A stretch of 64,000 bases of DNA, from the NCBI GenBank assembly GCA_045863395.1, contig BTVJ01000035.1:1-64000 (forward strand), in the 5' to 3' direction. Position 1 is the first letter of the stretch. Every line of letters begins with the position of its first letter. A model generated the notes under the pieces. The model had not been told where the DNA came from and searched no databases. It saw nothing but the letters and a program-made list of their open reading frames with translations. This DNA is from Myxococcales bacterium. Its GTDB lineage: Bacteria; Myxococcota_A; UBA9042; JABWCM01; BTVJ01. Position numbers and translations under genes: made by a program. Of the stretch, positions 62,772-64,000 are shown piece by piece.

Positions 62772-63787
62772 ACCTGACGGAGCAGAAGGTGAGGCGCCCC
62801 CGGCGCAACCGCAAGCGCCTGACACTGCGCTTGCGGGAGCTGTGGACGGCGGCGGGGCCCGCGTCGAGGGCGGCGCTCGCGGCCACCCGGGGCGGCCTGC
62901 GAGACCTGGCTCCCTATGTGGGCGTGACGTTGCTGGTGGCGGCCATTCCAGTCACGGCGGCGGCGCTCGTGCGCTACCTGACGAGCAGCGAGCACTTCGC
63001 GCTGTCCACCATCGAGGTCGTGGGCAACGCCCACGCGAGCGAAGAGGAGCTCTTGAAGATGGCCACGGTGTGGCCAGGTCGCAACGTGCTGACCCTCGAC
63101 ACGGACGCCATCGAGGCCGAGGTGGAGCGCCACCCGTGGGTGCGGTCGGCGACCGTGGAGGCGGAGCTGCCCGACAAGCTCGTGATCCGGGTGGAGGAGC
63201 GCCGGCCCATCGCCGTGGCGTCGCTGCCGCAGCTCCAGCTCGTCGACGACCGCGGCGTGGTCTTCGAGCCCATCGGCGCTGGCGAGGTGCTGGACCTGCC
63301 CGTGATCACCGGCGTCACCCGCGAGGAGCTGGCGGACCCGGATCAGGCGGACGAGGCCCAGCGGCGGCTCCGCGAGGCCGTGCGGGTCGCCGACTGGTAC
63401 GTGCTGCACCCGGTGGCCAAGGCGCACCCCCTCGGCGAGGTCCACGTGGACCCGCTGTTCGGCTACACGGTCGTGCTGCGCAACGACGCGGTCGAGGTGC
63501 GCCTCGGCCTCGTGACCGACCAGGCTGACCTGTCGCTGCGCCTCGGCCGCCTGGAGCACGTGATGAACGACGCCCGCGCCCGCGGAGCCCGCGTGGTGCT
63601 GGTGCGCCTCGACGACCGCCGGGACCCGACGCGGGTCACGGTGCGCCTCGAGTACCCGAACGGTGCGGCGGCGGGGGTCGTCGCCGACGCGGAGCCCGAG
63701 CGTCCGAGCGACGACGCCCCTCCGAGCAAGAAGAGCAGCCCCTCGCGACGGCCGACCGCGCCGTCGCGGGACCACATCCTACCCTGA
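62768..63787 (+). CDS. ftsQ: Cell division protein FtsQ (POTRA domain)
   Basis: TM, F-x-L-x-x-IEVVGN, HPWVRSATV...LPDKLVIRVEER; between murB and ftsA. Confidence 0.88.
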   Translation: MNLTEQKVRRPRRNRKRLTLRLRELWTAAGPASRAALAATRGGLRDLAPYVGVTLLVAAIPVTAAALVRYLTSSEHFALSTIEVVGNAHASEEELLKMATVWPGRNVLTLDTDAIEAEVERHPWVRSATVEAELPDKLVIRVEERRPIAVASLPQLQLVDDRGVVFEPIGAGEVLDLPVITGVTREELADPDQADEAQRRLREAVRVADWYVLHPVAKAHPLGEVHVDPLFGYTVVLRNDAVEVRLGLVTDQADLSLRLGRLEHVMNDARARGARVVLVRLDDRRDPTRVTVRLEYPNGAAAGVVADAEPERPSDDAPPSKKSSPSRRPTAPSRDHILP

Positions 63788-63830
63788 GCAGTGAAGGCGA
63801 GCCCGAGCGCACCCCGGGCGGAGGACGAGC

Positions 63831-64000
63831 ATGGCAAAGAAGACGGACGAGATCATCGTGGGCCTGGACATCGGCACGACGAAGGTGTGCGCGGTGGTGG
63901 GGGAGGCCTCGGAGCACGGGGTGAACATCATCGGCATCGGCACCGCCGAGTCGACCGGGCTCCGCAAGGGCATCATCGTGAACATCGAGACGACGATCCT
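63831..64000 (+). CDS. ftsA: Cell division protein FtsA (partial, runs off the window)
   Basis: IIVGLDIGTTKVCAVVGE...GLRKGIIVNIE. Confidence 0.93.
   Translation, partial: MAKKTDEIIVGLDIGTTKVCAVVGEASEHGVNIIGIGTAESTGLRKGIIVNIETTI

Overview
Very GC-rich bacterial chromosomal segment, most likely Myxococcota/deltaproteobacterial (Tgl-like pilotin, Cys-rich 'CDGxDNDCDG' repeat protein, FHA/TPR proteins). In order: a tolB-tolA-tolR-tolQ operon (minus) divergent from an FHA-TM-alanine-repeat-TPR protein; a single-domain receiver; a large acidic Thr-motif membrane protein with a structured leader; cdsA-uppS; a TerB / zinc-ribbon membrane protein / SPFH-zinc-ribbon operon; initiator tRNA-Met; stand-alone motAB behind a sigma28-like promoter; two SGNH hydrolases; a ~2,330-aa Cys-rich repeat lipoprotein; a promoter-associated ~160-nt structured RNA candidate; prsW; a poly-G frameshifted GT4 glycosyltransferase operon; a collagen-like fibre with partner lipoprotein; a MoxR-DUF58-Bat operon with unusual fusions; cytochrome c; and a dcw cluster (mraZ to partial ftsA) that lacks murD, murC and ddl but has a tgl/PilF-type gene between ftsL and ftsI. 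No CRISPR array, integrase or transposase was seen. Calls come from reading motifs by eye; no searches were run.
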